DNA of 54,065 nucleotides, filler included, from Perkinsus olseni (taxonomy: Eukaryota), in the NCBI GenBank assembly GCA_013115125.1. It is 2 parts of 2 records of this genome, joined end to end, with 100 filler letters (N's around TTAATTAATTAA, not from the genome) between each part and the next. Parts side by side here need not be neighbours in the genome. Positions count along the whole stretch, not along the records: positions 1 to 26,988 come from JABANN010000475.1; 1 more part is not named here. The stretch is one strand, 5' to 3'. Shown here piece after piece: positions 13,261-23,273 of this stretch. Each line of letters starts with the position of its first letter. The stretch's first letter is position 1. The translations under genes were made by a program, and so were the position numbers. The notes beneath the pieces are model-generated. The model was not told the origin of the DNA and ran no database searches. It saw nothing but the letters and a program-made list of their open reading frames with translations.

Positions 13261-14141
13261 TGGAAGATGGTCTTGTGTTCACGAGTCGACGTAACTGTTC
13301 GCGGGACCATGACGCCGCGGATCTCGGCGTGTAGCTGGTCTAGCAAGAGTGGATGGATACATCAGCCACATCATTGCTGTGCTTTCGAGGACGCACTTGC
13401 TCGACGCCACAAGCAAATGAGACGAAACGATAAGCCAGCATGCGATAGGCCGCCGAAAAGACAAAAAATATGGTCGAATGCCTGAATGGTGTTGTGGTGT
13501 TGGTCGTTGAAATTCGACACCGAAAACAAAGAAAATGCAACGAGCAAAAATAGGGCCGCTGTGCCAAGCAGGGTGATTACAGCGGCCGGGCAATCAAAAA
13601 AGTGATGACGTACCGAGTGCTGCCTCGCATAGTGACCTCATTTCCGCATGGTGCATTTTACCGTTACACACTCCTACTCAACGAAATGATGAATCATGGG
13701 TTAACGCAGCTGACACGATCGGAGAGAAAATTTCCAGCCCGGGAACCCTGAGTAATGTGAACCTTCCTCGTAAAACTGCGTCAAACGGTTTGACTCAAAC
13801 CGCAATGCCGCGATGAGACCGCATCGAGTAGCAACGACTACGTACTAGAATGAAACCAGAGCTCTCTGCACGATTGCCGTAGCGGCCAGTACTGAACTTG
13901 TTCCACAAGGTTTAAGAGAATCTGAAGCAGCTCCTAGGTTGAAGGCGTACCAGAGTGGGCCCTGAAATCGCAACTGAGAGAGCAAACTCAGTGATTCTCC
14001 GGTGCATGGCGGGGAAGAATGTGTCTGTACAACAGACTCAGTAGAATGTTATAGACGGTTTGGTTGAGTGGTCATGGGTTGGAGTTAGCTCGGGCCCGAT
14101 CCATGTTCGATCCAACTGATGATCAGTATTGAACTGAAAAA

Positions 14142-14426
14142 TCAAGATGCGTGAGTGAGCCTGCCGGTTTGATTTCGCTGGACTTTGTAACTTAAAATGC
14201 GCTTCGAGCTGGGCCCCCCACCGTGAGGGACACTCATAACCACCAGTGGTTGTTCACCACACTGGAAGTGGGAACAATAATAAGATATTTTGTATATCAC
14301 CCGCGCTCGCTCCACTAGAAGAACACAAGACATTGTCTTGTCTTGAAGACAAGTTCGATGGCGAAAAGGCTTTCCCTCTGCAAGACCTAGTAGTGCTGCT
14401 GGTGCTGCTATTACTGAGATCCTCAT
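14142..14426 (-). CDS. 5' end of putative secreted-protein gene or remnant, copy 1
   Basis: MRISVIAAPAALLGLAEGKPF is signal-peptide-like and mirrored by 22073..22378; downstream structure unresolved. Confidence 0.3.
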   Translation of the reverse strand: MRISVIAAPAALLGLAEGKPFRHRTCLQDKTMSCVLLVERARVIYKISYYCSHFQCGEQPLVVMSVPHGGGPSSKRILSYKVQRNQTGRLTHAS

Positions 14427-15265
14427 GGCAAATGAAATTATACCACTACATCCGTAGTGAAAAATATAAGACTAGTTCATCTTCATGATACACACCCTTG
14501 ACCTTCCCGTAGGGTGCAAAGCCCTTCTGAGTAATAAATAATACATAATTGAAGCGAAGGCACCAAGTGGTCGTGCGAGGCACCGGCAATTAGATAGAAT
14601 CGTGGATTTACACCACCACCAGTTCAACGAGGCGACGACATTTATATTATAGTTCGATCAATGCGGCCAATCAGCTGTGCATAATCGGCATGATAGTTTC
14701 CTGGTTATCAGCACCCCCTGTGGGAAGAGGAGGCATCAGATCACCATCATTGTGGGTCAGACTTGATGATGATGGAGCTTCTGTGACCTGTCTACGAGGA
14801 CCCTGATGGTGCGGATAGACACGATCTCTAAGGGTCTTAACGAAAGCCCTCATGCCAGGAGAATCCACTACGTGACGATACTTCATCATCTCAGCTCTAT
14901 CACAGGTAGCATCAGAAACCTCCTGTCGTAGTGGACCATATACCTCTCTACCACTTACTCTAACACTTGCTCTGAAACCCTTATGCATCCGTCTGACACC
15001 AATAGGGGCGGCGTAGTCCAACTTCTTCGGCTTTTTGATTAACAACGTAGAAGGATGCCGATCGGTGACATGCTTCATTTGCTCGAGAAGTTGCATCACC
15101 TCAGAATTGGCCATACCCCTTTCGACACGCAGTCGATGAACCTCTTTTTGGTCTTCAACACACTGATGGACAGTCTCACGATACGGTCCAGTAGCCTGAC
15201 GACCATCATTCCTCAATATCGTAACCCAACCGTGAGCTCGGCGAACAACCCTAACCGGGCCGTTT
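14359..15265 (-). repeat. Left arm of ~0.9 kb near-identical inverted repeat
   Basis: Reverse complement of ~21235..22140 with only scattered mismatches; covers the 3' half of the 14671..15960 ORF, ~245 bp of non-coding DNA and the start of the signal-peptide ORF. Confidence 0.95.
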
Positions 15266-15960
15266 GCATCATCAGTTGTAATATTCAAAGCGCCTGCGAG
15301 CTTACCAGACCCGACGTGGCCTCTCGGGCGAGTACGCCCGATGGTGGGTGTGAAAACATTTGCAGCCGAAGACGATTGGCCTGGTGGGAAAGAAGAGAGC
15401 AACGTCGGTTCCAAAGCCAAAGGCGGGCCAGTCAAGGTCGAGGCCCTTTGAGTATCGTACCCTGACAGTACACTGGGCAACTGTGGAGTCATCGAAGAGG
15501 GAGGGGGCCGCGTTTCAGACGGACGATAGACACCGTTACCACGGCGCAGAACATCGGATGAAAGAAGTCTTGCCAGTAGCGTCGAGCCATCAAGGATCAC
15601 CGGCAAGACGCTTTCGCGAGCGGCATCGTTGGACTGAAGCTGGTCACCGAAAGCCTCATGTTTGAAGTCCTCGGAGTCGCCAACCTTCAACCTCTTCGTT
15701 GATCGTTCAAGAGGCGAGTCGTAGCCGGGGCCTCCCAAAGCAGCATGAAGGCTGTAAGCCTCAAGGTCGCTGCCGGTCATGTGAAGGGCCCCGGGGACAA
15801 CCGACGAAGTCGTTCCGGGCACGGGGATAACGCAGCTCGGCTGAGGTTGACCACATTGCAATCCGGTACCCTCATTGTGGCCGCTGTCGGAGTTTGTGTC
15901 GAAAGACAGGTACATGCTGGTGCGTGCACGTGTGAACGCAAACTCGCGCGCGAGCGTCAC
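14671..15960 (-). CDS. Intronless protein with low-complexity N-terminus and two tandem AP2-like (beta3-alpha) domains, paralogue 1
   Basis: 429-aa ORF (first ATG at MYLSF). Repeats VRVVRRAHGWVTILRNDGRQATGPYRETVHQCVEDQKEV and GVRRMHKGFRASVRVSGREVYGPLRQEVSDATCDRAEM; basic KRLK and KKPKK motifs. The AP2 call is by pattern only. Confidence 0.7.
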   Translation of the reverse strand: MTLAREFAFTRARTSMYLSFDTNSDSGHNEGTGLQCGQPQPSCVIPVPGTTSSVVPGALHMTGSDLEAYSLHAALGGPGYDSPLERSTKRLKVGDSEDFKHEAFGDQLQSNDAARESVLPVILDGSTLLARLLSSDVLRRGNGVYRPSETRPPPSSMTPQLPSVLSGYDTQRASTLTGPPLALEPTLLSSFPPGQSSSAANVFTPTIGRTRPRGHVGSGKLAGALNITTDDANGPVRVVRRAHGWVTILRNDGRQATGPYRETVHQCVEDQKEVHRLRVERGMANSEVMQLLEQMKHVTDRHPSTLLIKKPKKLDYAAPIGVRRMHKGFRASVRVSGREVYGPLRQEVSDATCDRAEMMKYRHVVDSPGMRAFVKTLRDRVYPHHQGPRRQVTEAPSSSSLTHNDGDLMPPLPTGGADNQETIMPIMHS

Positions 15961-17513
15961 GACTTACTCTGTAGAGGAGACGCAAGACTGCAAGCATGGG
16001 ACAGGTGCTAAGCTCCGCTAGATCGACTACTCCATCATGTTAGTGATCGACAACGGCTGATCGACGAGATTGAAATTTTTCGGGAGTAGAGAAGTTTTTC
16101 GCTCCCGCAAGACAAAGACTATGTTTCATTGTGCAATGAGCCATTGGAGCATCTTCCTCACAAGAAGCTAGTGCAGACCTCGCTTGAAGCGATACTGGTG
16201 ATTAACATATGATGTTGGTTCTCTGGCGCTCACCACACTCTGGCTGATTCTTGCGCGCTTCCCAACCCAATCCCTCGATGTAGAGGTAAGACTAGAGTTT
16301 GTCTTCAAGGAAGTCTGCAGAGAGACTTTGATTGTGTTCGTTGTTAGAAACTCTCAGTGAGCTGCTCTTGTATCACAGGCTGTTGTGAACAGTCTGGGAC
16401 ACATGGACCACTCTAGTTGTTTGCTGTGGGCAGTGCGACACGCTTTGTCCTAGCCACCTCGGCAAGTCAGCTACATATATCGGATGATATATTCTACCAT
16501 GATATATTGACTTATATGGAGATATTATATCCATCTCTTCCTCTACGTCATTGGAAATCTCACAGCTTCGTAATTATACGTAGCTGTCTGCCGAGGTTCT
16601 GTCGGCACATCGCATAGCTTTGGTGACTGTGTTCAACACAGTCACTGGTCCACATTCCAGTACCCAAGGCAGCACAGTGTGTTGCCTTGTGTACTATCTA
16701 TATTTATCCCCGTCTCTTAGTTGTAGTACATCTCTGAGTCGGGCACGTTGTGTAAGACCTCCTAAAAACAGTGGTCCAGCAGTTTATCTTGACTCTAGAT
16801 TCCTGATTTGGTCATGGGCCCCATGGCCAACTCAGAAATCTAGACATGACATGCGGTCCGTGACCGGGACTCGACATGAAAACGATGGGGAACTCCAGTA
16901 GTTCGCGGTAGTTCAGTGGCTGATCTCAATCAGTCAACGCGCTCGGACTCTCTATGAGAGCTACACCCGTTTCAGATTCGTACATCCAACAGCGGCAGCG
17001 AATTAATTCAGTTCAGGTGTCCTCAGGCGGAGAACCGACAGCTTTGGACTGAGATATGCCGTGCATACTGGATGCGATGTTCTCCTGATCCGAAGCTGAG
17101 GGCCTGACTGATCAGCGGCCATGATTGGCACCCCCTCGCCTCTCGGCGGCCGAGACTCGGCCGACACTACACCATCAATGAAGCTTTCGGGTAGAGGGAT
17201 AAGGCTAACTCGCGAACCTCAGAGATGAGCTTCCGAGTGAATATCATCCCCACGTTTTCTCGAAGAAGCGATGAGGGTTTCATGATTCGACCATTCCCGA
17301 ACTATAGGTGTAATGACAATTTCCCGCGCGTGCCGCCTAGTAACGATTCTACGTAGAATGAGCTGGTAGCTCTTATCACCAGAGTGGTGACCTGGATTTA
17401 GCATCATGATATGCGTAACGGGCTGCCTGCAATAGTCAGACACCGAAATCCGTCATTGAGTTCGAGAACCGAACCAACTACCAGCGGAATCTATTTCCCG
17501 GAAATCATTTCCG

Positions 17514-17644
17514 CATTTCGCCGAAATGAGGCTTGCTTTGGGCGTGCTGGCGAAAATTTCGCCGGCACGCCCAAATTTCGCCGGGACGAGCTAGTAGGAC
17601 AATCCATTTCGCCGCGAAATGGATTGTCCTACTAACTCGTCCCG
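17514..17644. repeat. Cluster of three adjacent palindromes with 1-nt loops
   Basis: catttcg-c-cgaaatg (17514-17528); tttgggcgtgctggcgaaa-a-tttcgccggcacgcccaaa (17537-17575, one mismatch); 31-bp arms 17582-17612 and 17614-17644 (one mismatch). Confidence 0.92.
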
Positions 17645-18364
17645 TCGGAACTGGTTTTGCTATCGCGCGGGCTGGGGAAACTGATTTTATGTCCAGTCAA
17701 GACATGAAAGGCTGCCTGAGACAGCCAGCCCCCTCAGCTGACAAGTTGAGGGCCTTGACGACGACCCCTCAAATTCCCGTACGGCAACTTAAAAACCTTG
17801 TAATTCCCGCACCAACGACGATTGACGATACCTCGGACCTGAGACACCATAAGTAACCGCTAAAAGGGGTGGTCCGGGACGTCACTCGATAGAATCGCAC
17901 GATCGGCAAGGCCCGGTCGGCCTCCCTTGGAAACTCATGTCGACTGCCACTGGTACCAACTGGAGAGAACAGTCATTTCCACTGGTGGGAGCGAGCCAAG
18001 TCGCTCATAACGAATGCGCTGAACAACGTCGTCAGAACGGACTAAATATGAATTCGGCCACAGAAGAGGTCCCTCATGGCAATGGAACGTTATGGCCGTG
18101 AAACTTTGACTAGAAGGTATGGATGAGGAAAAGAGAACAATGGAAACATGACGGGAGCTAGCCAGTCAGGCCCTATGCCCCATGGGGTATGACTCGATAC
18201 ACCTCAGACTTAGATCCTCAGTATGCAGCCATCGCGGTGCTCGCAGTCACAGAGGCAGGCAAGTAATTGGCCCCAGCGACGATACCGATTCTGGCCCGAC
18301 CTAGAGTGGCTGAACTGCAATAACAAACGCAGTGCTCCGGAGGAGAACAGCGTAACACCAATGG

Positions 18365-20355
18365 TCATGGTACGAAAGAACGGGGATGCATTCTCGAGGG
18401 GAGCAGAGCGTGCAACGCGTCTCTCTGCTGCGTGGCTGCCGACCGAAGGAGAGATAATTGTTCCTTAAAGGCCTCGTCGAGGAGCTCATTCACCTGACAT
18501 GCCACTGCGGCAGTCGACACAAAACCGCTCCTACCATCTCTAAGGAAGCCGCTACGCTGTGGGGAGGAGTGGGCGGTTGCAGGGGAGGGACTCCGCAATG
18601 TTCGCGGGGTCGCCACCCTGCTAGTTGGCAGCAGTGTGAGCAACAGTCGGCGGCGGCGCGGGGACGGTGACACTGTCGAGAACAATGTGAAAAATGGTTG
18701 CTATCAACGTCCACTGCCGGGGGCTCGTACTGGATGCCGACGCTCTGGGGGAGGCCATCGACCTGTAAGGGGGGCCTGTTGCTCGGCTCAAGGGAGGTCA
18801 CCAACCTGGACCCCTCGTTCCAGGCGGGTTCGAACCCGAGGGGAGCGGCCGGAGTCGTTGAAGGGGCGCCTTGCTGACCTCGGAGAGGATCTTGGAGTTG
18901 GGCGTTTTGTGACCGAGCGTGTAGTGGGAACTGAGAGGAACGCGGATAGCAGAGCGCCATGTGGTCCATCACACCCTCGAGCTGCGACTCCGCCGTCGCG
19001 ACGGCAGCATCGTCAGTGCTGGCAAAAGTGTCATCATGGACGAACACAGAAGACTCCTCCTCGAAGGCATCGTCAGCATAGCTGATCTCAACGCTCCGAG
19101 TCCTGAACGGTACGACTGTCAAGCGAAAACGGCTGGAGCTCTCACTCAGTCTTCGGGGACGGGAGCCCCCTTTGCCCCGCTGGGTCGATCGTGTCATCGG
19201 CCGCCCGTGACTCGCGGTCGAGCTCCTGCGGCTCCCGAATAACGCTGTTGGGTGGGTCGTCCGTAGCTGGCCGGGGGAGCTGCTCGGGTGTGGGAGGCCT
19301 CTCAGGGCTCCTCCCTCTGCCGCCCACGGCTGCCGCTACAGATGGTTTCTTTTCGGCTGGTGACCGGAGTGGTGAACCTCCGTCGGTCGCTTCTTTTACG
19401 TCTACGTGGACGCTGGCGGCTTGCTCTTCAAGTTCGCTAGCGGCTTCCGAGGAGGAAAGGTCAGAGGGCAGCTCTAATTGGTCGAATGTCATCACCCTTA
19501 CGCCTCCAACAGGGGAACTGTTGGCCTCTGGCAACCTGAGAGGACGCGGGTTCTAATCCCAGCAAGGGCATCAGCACAATACTCGGCTACTATCGACTGC
19601 ATCTCGCGAGTGGAAGGCTCTTCTTTGGACGATCTGCCGAAGAGCGTCGAGGCGAAGTCCGAAAGCAGCGCCCGCTCACTTCGATGGTGATGATACTGAT
19701 GGCGACGAGTGCTCTCCTGACGAGTTGAGAAAATCAGACAAGGTCTCGCTGCGGGCGTCCTCCGAACGGCCGCGGCTGCCCAGGGAAACAACTCGAACGA
19801 GCCGAGCTGAAACGGCAGTTTACATGTGTCCGTGTTCTCTAGTCTCGGCTGTCTGATCTTCCCTGGACGTGGACGGCGGAGCGATGCTCCGTCTGAGGGA
19901 GCCCTCGTCTTTCTCAGCGTTAGTCGTCGGCTTCCCAACCGAGCGCGTGTCCAGCAAGGAGTCGCTCGACCCGCGATTGAGAGAGCGTGAGCTGCCGCTC
20001 GACTGACGCGTCAGACGCGCGACTCTACTCTGCGGCGGCAAGGTGAGGTCAACAGCATACGGCCCTCCTGAGGGATCTTCCAAGTGAAGCCTGCTATCGA
20101 TGACAACCCTTGTCCTCACCTCCACTGTATGTGTTACCGAAAGGGTCGTTAACCTCCTGGTGGCCGAAAGAGGTTGAGAAAGAAAAGGATGATGATGGTA
20201 TTGAACCCGAGTGCCCCATAGGGGAGGAGAAGCTCACTGTAGAGCGCCGTACGCCGGGTGGAGAGGCCATGAACGTTCAACTTGGCCGGGGTATGATTAA
20301 CGCAGGATGTCTTCGTCAAGGGGGACAGATAACGAATGGACGGCCAGCGCGACAT
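18365..20355 (-). CDS. Ser/Pro/Arg-rich hypothetical protein, multi-exon
   Basis: Chain of overlapping minus-strand ORFs (19820..20125, 19498..19938, 19142..19534, 18490..19197, 18365..18685) of similar low-complexity composition with GT-AG gaps; exact model unresolved. Confidence 0.4.
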
Positions 20356-20433
20356 CTTGAAAACTTGCACTCTTGCATTTCCTTTATAACGACAAATTGT
20401 TGGCGCTTGCGTGCTAATTCTGTGTTCTGACGT

Positions 20434-21828
20434 ATGCCCATACGCATGTCCACGACCATCGGCCCGAAACTTGACGTTAAATCTGGCAGTGGTGATGACG
20501 GTGGCGGTGCTGTTGACGAGACCTTGGGTGCCTCTGGTTTCGAACCGCCGGCTATGTGTGAGGACGATGACGCCCGTGACTTCCCCTCGGGAGTGCCTGA
20601 GGCCATTTACTTGCCCGGCAGCAACTTGAACGGCTCTGATTTTTTCCCTACTCTTGAAGGGCTGGACGACGAGGCCTCTTTCGAGAGGGCTAGTAAGAGG
20701 GCTAAACTCGACGGCTCAGGAGAGTTCCCGTGCCCCGCCCCTCTTGGTGACCACCTCGGCCCGAGTGACGCGGTGCCCGAGACGTCTCTGACCGAACTTA
20801 ATGACAACTCAGCACTTCTCATGAAGTTGCTGTCCTCCACCGATGTTGAAGCGGATCTTGCGCCGGAAGGCCTAGGCTCCAGTCACGCCATCTATTCTGC
20901 TCTGGTGGGGCTGGCCGCCGCCAGTGACGGCTCTAAACCCACTCAAGGATCGTCGAGCTCTTCAACGAGCCCTCCTGTGGCGTCCTCTTCTGCTGCTGGT
21001 CATAGTCCTCGTAAGCGCCCAGCTCCCACCCAGGCTGCTCATAGCGGCCCTGCCCTCATCCTCTGCCCTGAGCTGTTCTCTGCTGCTGCCCCGACGGCTT
21101 CGACTGCTCAGCCGTCCTTGACTACTGTTGCCGCTGTGACCACTCCTACGATCGGTCGCTCTACTAGGAGTACTCAGGCCAGCACTGGCACGGGCAAGTT
21201 CGCTGGAGCTCATCACTTTCCTAACGACGACGCCAACGGCCCGGTTAGGGTTGTTCGCCGAGCTCACGGTTGGGTTACGATATTGAGGAATGGTGGTCGT
21301 CAGGCTACTGGACCGTATCGTGAGACTGTCCATCAGTGTGTTGAAGACCAAAAAGAGGTTCATCGACTACGTGTCGAAAGGGGTATGGCGAATTCTGAGG
21401 TGATGCAACTTCTCGAGCAAATGAAGCATGTCACCGATCGGCATCCTTCTACGTTATTAATCAAAAAGCCGAAGAAGTTGGACTACGCCGCCCCTATTGG
21501 TGTCAGACGGATGCATAAGGGTTTCAGAGCCAGTGTTAGAGTAAGTGGTAGAGAGGTGTATGGCCCACTACGACAGGAGGTTGATGATGCTACCTGTGAT
21601 AGAGCTGAGATGATGAAGTATCGTCACGTAGTGGATGCTCCTGGCATGAGGGCTTTCGTTAAGACCCTTAGAGATCATGTCTATCCGCACCATCAGGGTC
21701 CTCGTAGACAGGTCACAGAAGCTCCATCAGCATCAAGTCTGACCCACAATGATGGTGATCTGATGCCTCCTCTTTCCACAGTGGGTGCTGATAACCAGGA
21801 AACTATCATGCCGATTATGCACAGCTGA
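20434..21828 (+). CDS. Intronless protein with two tandem AP2-like domains, paralogue 2
   Basis: 464-aa ORF. The last ~200 aa differ from paralogue 1 at 7 positions by my count; the N-terminus is recognisably but distantly homologous (ERASKRAKL vs ERSTKRLKV; LLMKLLSS vs LLARLLSS; TPTIGR). Confidence 0.75.
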   Translation: MPIRMSTTIGPKLDVKSGSGDDGGGAVDETLGASGFEPPAMCEDDDARDFPSGVPEAIYLPGSNLNGSDFFPTLEGLDDEASFERASKRAKLDGSGEFPCPAPLGDHLGPSDAVPETSLTELNDNSALLMKLLSSTDVEADLAPEGLGSSHAIYSALVGLAAASDGSKPTQGSSSSSTSPPVASSSAAGHSPRKRPAPTQAAHSGPALILCPELFSAAAPTASTAQPSLTTVAAVTTPTIGRSTRSTQASTGTGKFAGAHHFPNDDANGPVRVVRRAHGWVTILRNGGRQATGPYRETVHQCVEDQKEVHRLRVERGMANSEVMQLLEQMKHVTDRHPSTLLIKKPKKLDYAAPIGVRRMHKGFRASVRVSGREVYGPLRQEVDDATCDRAEMMKYRHVVDAPGMRAFVKTLRDHVYPHHQGPRRQVTEAPSASSLTHNDGDLMPPLSTVGADNQETIMPIMHS

Positions 21829-22140
21829 TTGGCCGCATTGATCGAACTATAATATAAATGTCGTCGCCTCGTTGAACTGGTGGTGGTGTAAATCCACGAT
21901 TCTATCTAATTGCCGGTGCCTCGCACGACCACTTGGTGCCTTCGCTTCAATTATGTATTATTTATTACTCAGAAGGGCTTTGCACCCTACGGGAAGGACA
22001 AGGGTGTTTATCATGAAGATGAACTAGTCTTATATTTTTCACTACGGATGTAGTGGTATAATTTCATTTGCCATGAAGATCTCAGTAATAGCAGTACCAG
22101 CAGCACTACTAGGTTTTGCGGAAGGAAAGCCTTTTCGTCA
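21235..22140 (+). repeat. Right arm of ~0.9 kb near-identical inverted repeat
   Basis: Matches the reverse complement of 14359..15265. Confidence 0.95.
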
Positions 22141-22378
22141 AAAAAGCTGTCTTTTGTTATTCCCAGTGGAACGAACCGGCGACATGCGGACTAGCTCATT
22201 AGCGATTGATAATGTCAGTCCAGCAGGAAGTAGAAAGAAGGGCCAGAGAACACTTCACGAGTGCTACGGCCATCGATGTGGTCGATATGGGTTCGGAGTG
22301 CTCCGGGGCGAAGGTGAGTTGAACGATCAGACCTCGACGTTTGAGTATTGCTGGCGATCCCCTCTCACGTGTCACTAA
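22073..22378 (+). CDS. 5' end of putative secreted-protein gene or remnant, copy 2
   Basis: MKISVIAVPAALLGFAEGKPF is signal-peptide-like; diverges from copy 1 after ~22140. Confidence 0.3.
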   Translation: MKISVIAVPAALLGFAEGKPFRQKSCLLLFPVERTGDMRTSSLAIDNVSPAGSRKKGQRTLHECYGHRCGRYGFGVLRGEGELNDQTSTFEYCWRSPLTCH

Positions 22379-23273
22379 TATTACTGACTCGAGGAGATGT
22401 GAGGAAAGCTCGAGTTTGAAAAGTTTCCCTCTTTTTCCTGAACGTCGTGACCAGTTTGATTCATCGCTATGAATGACAAAATGTGATGAGGGACGCTGGG
22501 AGGAAGTGACCAGCGATCAGCAGCCACTCAACGGTCTTTCTCTCAATGTCTCCGTTAATTGTTCCTCAGTAAATGACCATCCGCGTGCCTTGGCGCGGCG
22601 ACGACAGTCTCTAGCGTAAATTTGTCGGAGCGCTGATAGAACTTAGATTTCGCGTTGTGCAGCCGTTGATGCATTGTCTTTTCAGTTGGCACTATTAGTG
22701 GTCGATCCGAGTTTTGAGGGGATGCCGACCATCAAGCGTCATCGTGAGGTGCGACCAAGCCTGTCCTCCTCCTTGGTCGGTCGTCACTGATCTCAGGTCC
22801 AAGGGCTGATGAAGGATCTTTTGGACTCCGGCGAGCTGCACGCTCTTAGTCTTCAGGTGAGAATCGGTGTGGGTGGACAAGGTCAGCTGTCGTCCTTCCG
22901 CTCCACGCCACGCTAGACGCTCTGAAATTGTCGCGCTGGTAAGAGACTGGATGATTCGAGTACACGACCCCTAAGTTCAGCTGTCGGGAAGTCCATCTTT
23001 CATCTGCTGTCTTTTTCTCATCCGCCACTTAGCTTACCTTCTTGTCGGAACAAAGTAGCGGAGTATGCTCGACGACTCGACTCTGAATGGCACCTATTAC
23101 GTCCTGTGGTGACCGAATCGTAGCGGTTTTTGTGTACGAGTTCCCTCAGACCCTCACGCCCGCGCAGTGGGAGAAGAAGCAAGCCCAGTAAACGATAGGC
23201 GTTGGTTTCCGTGAGCTCGCGTTCGGAGTTGAGTGGGGCCATTCTTCAAAAGTCTCCCAGTTTTTTTCGATTA

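Noticed and set aside
15055-16011. Plus-strand ORFs overlapping the AP2-like gene (and 20962..21363 on the minus strand)
   Set aside because: Antisense shadows of the longer, conserved coding frame.
14359-22140. Inverted arms as terminal inverted repeats of a DNA transposon
   Set aside because: No transposase recognised inside, no target-site duplication seen, and homology decays gradually beyond the arms, which fits gene duplication with conversion better.
22560-23242. Short minus-strand ORFs upstream of the BPNT1-like gene
   Set aside because: No homology recognised and no confident exon model.
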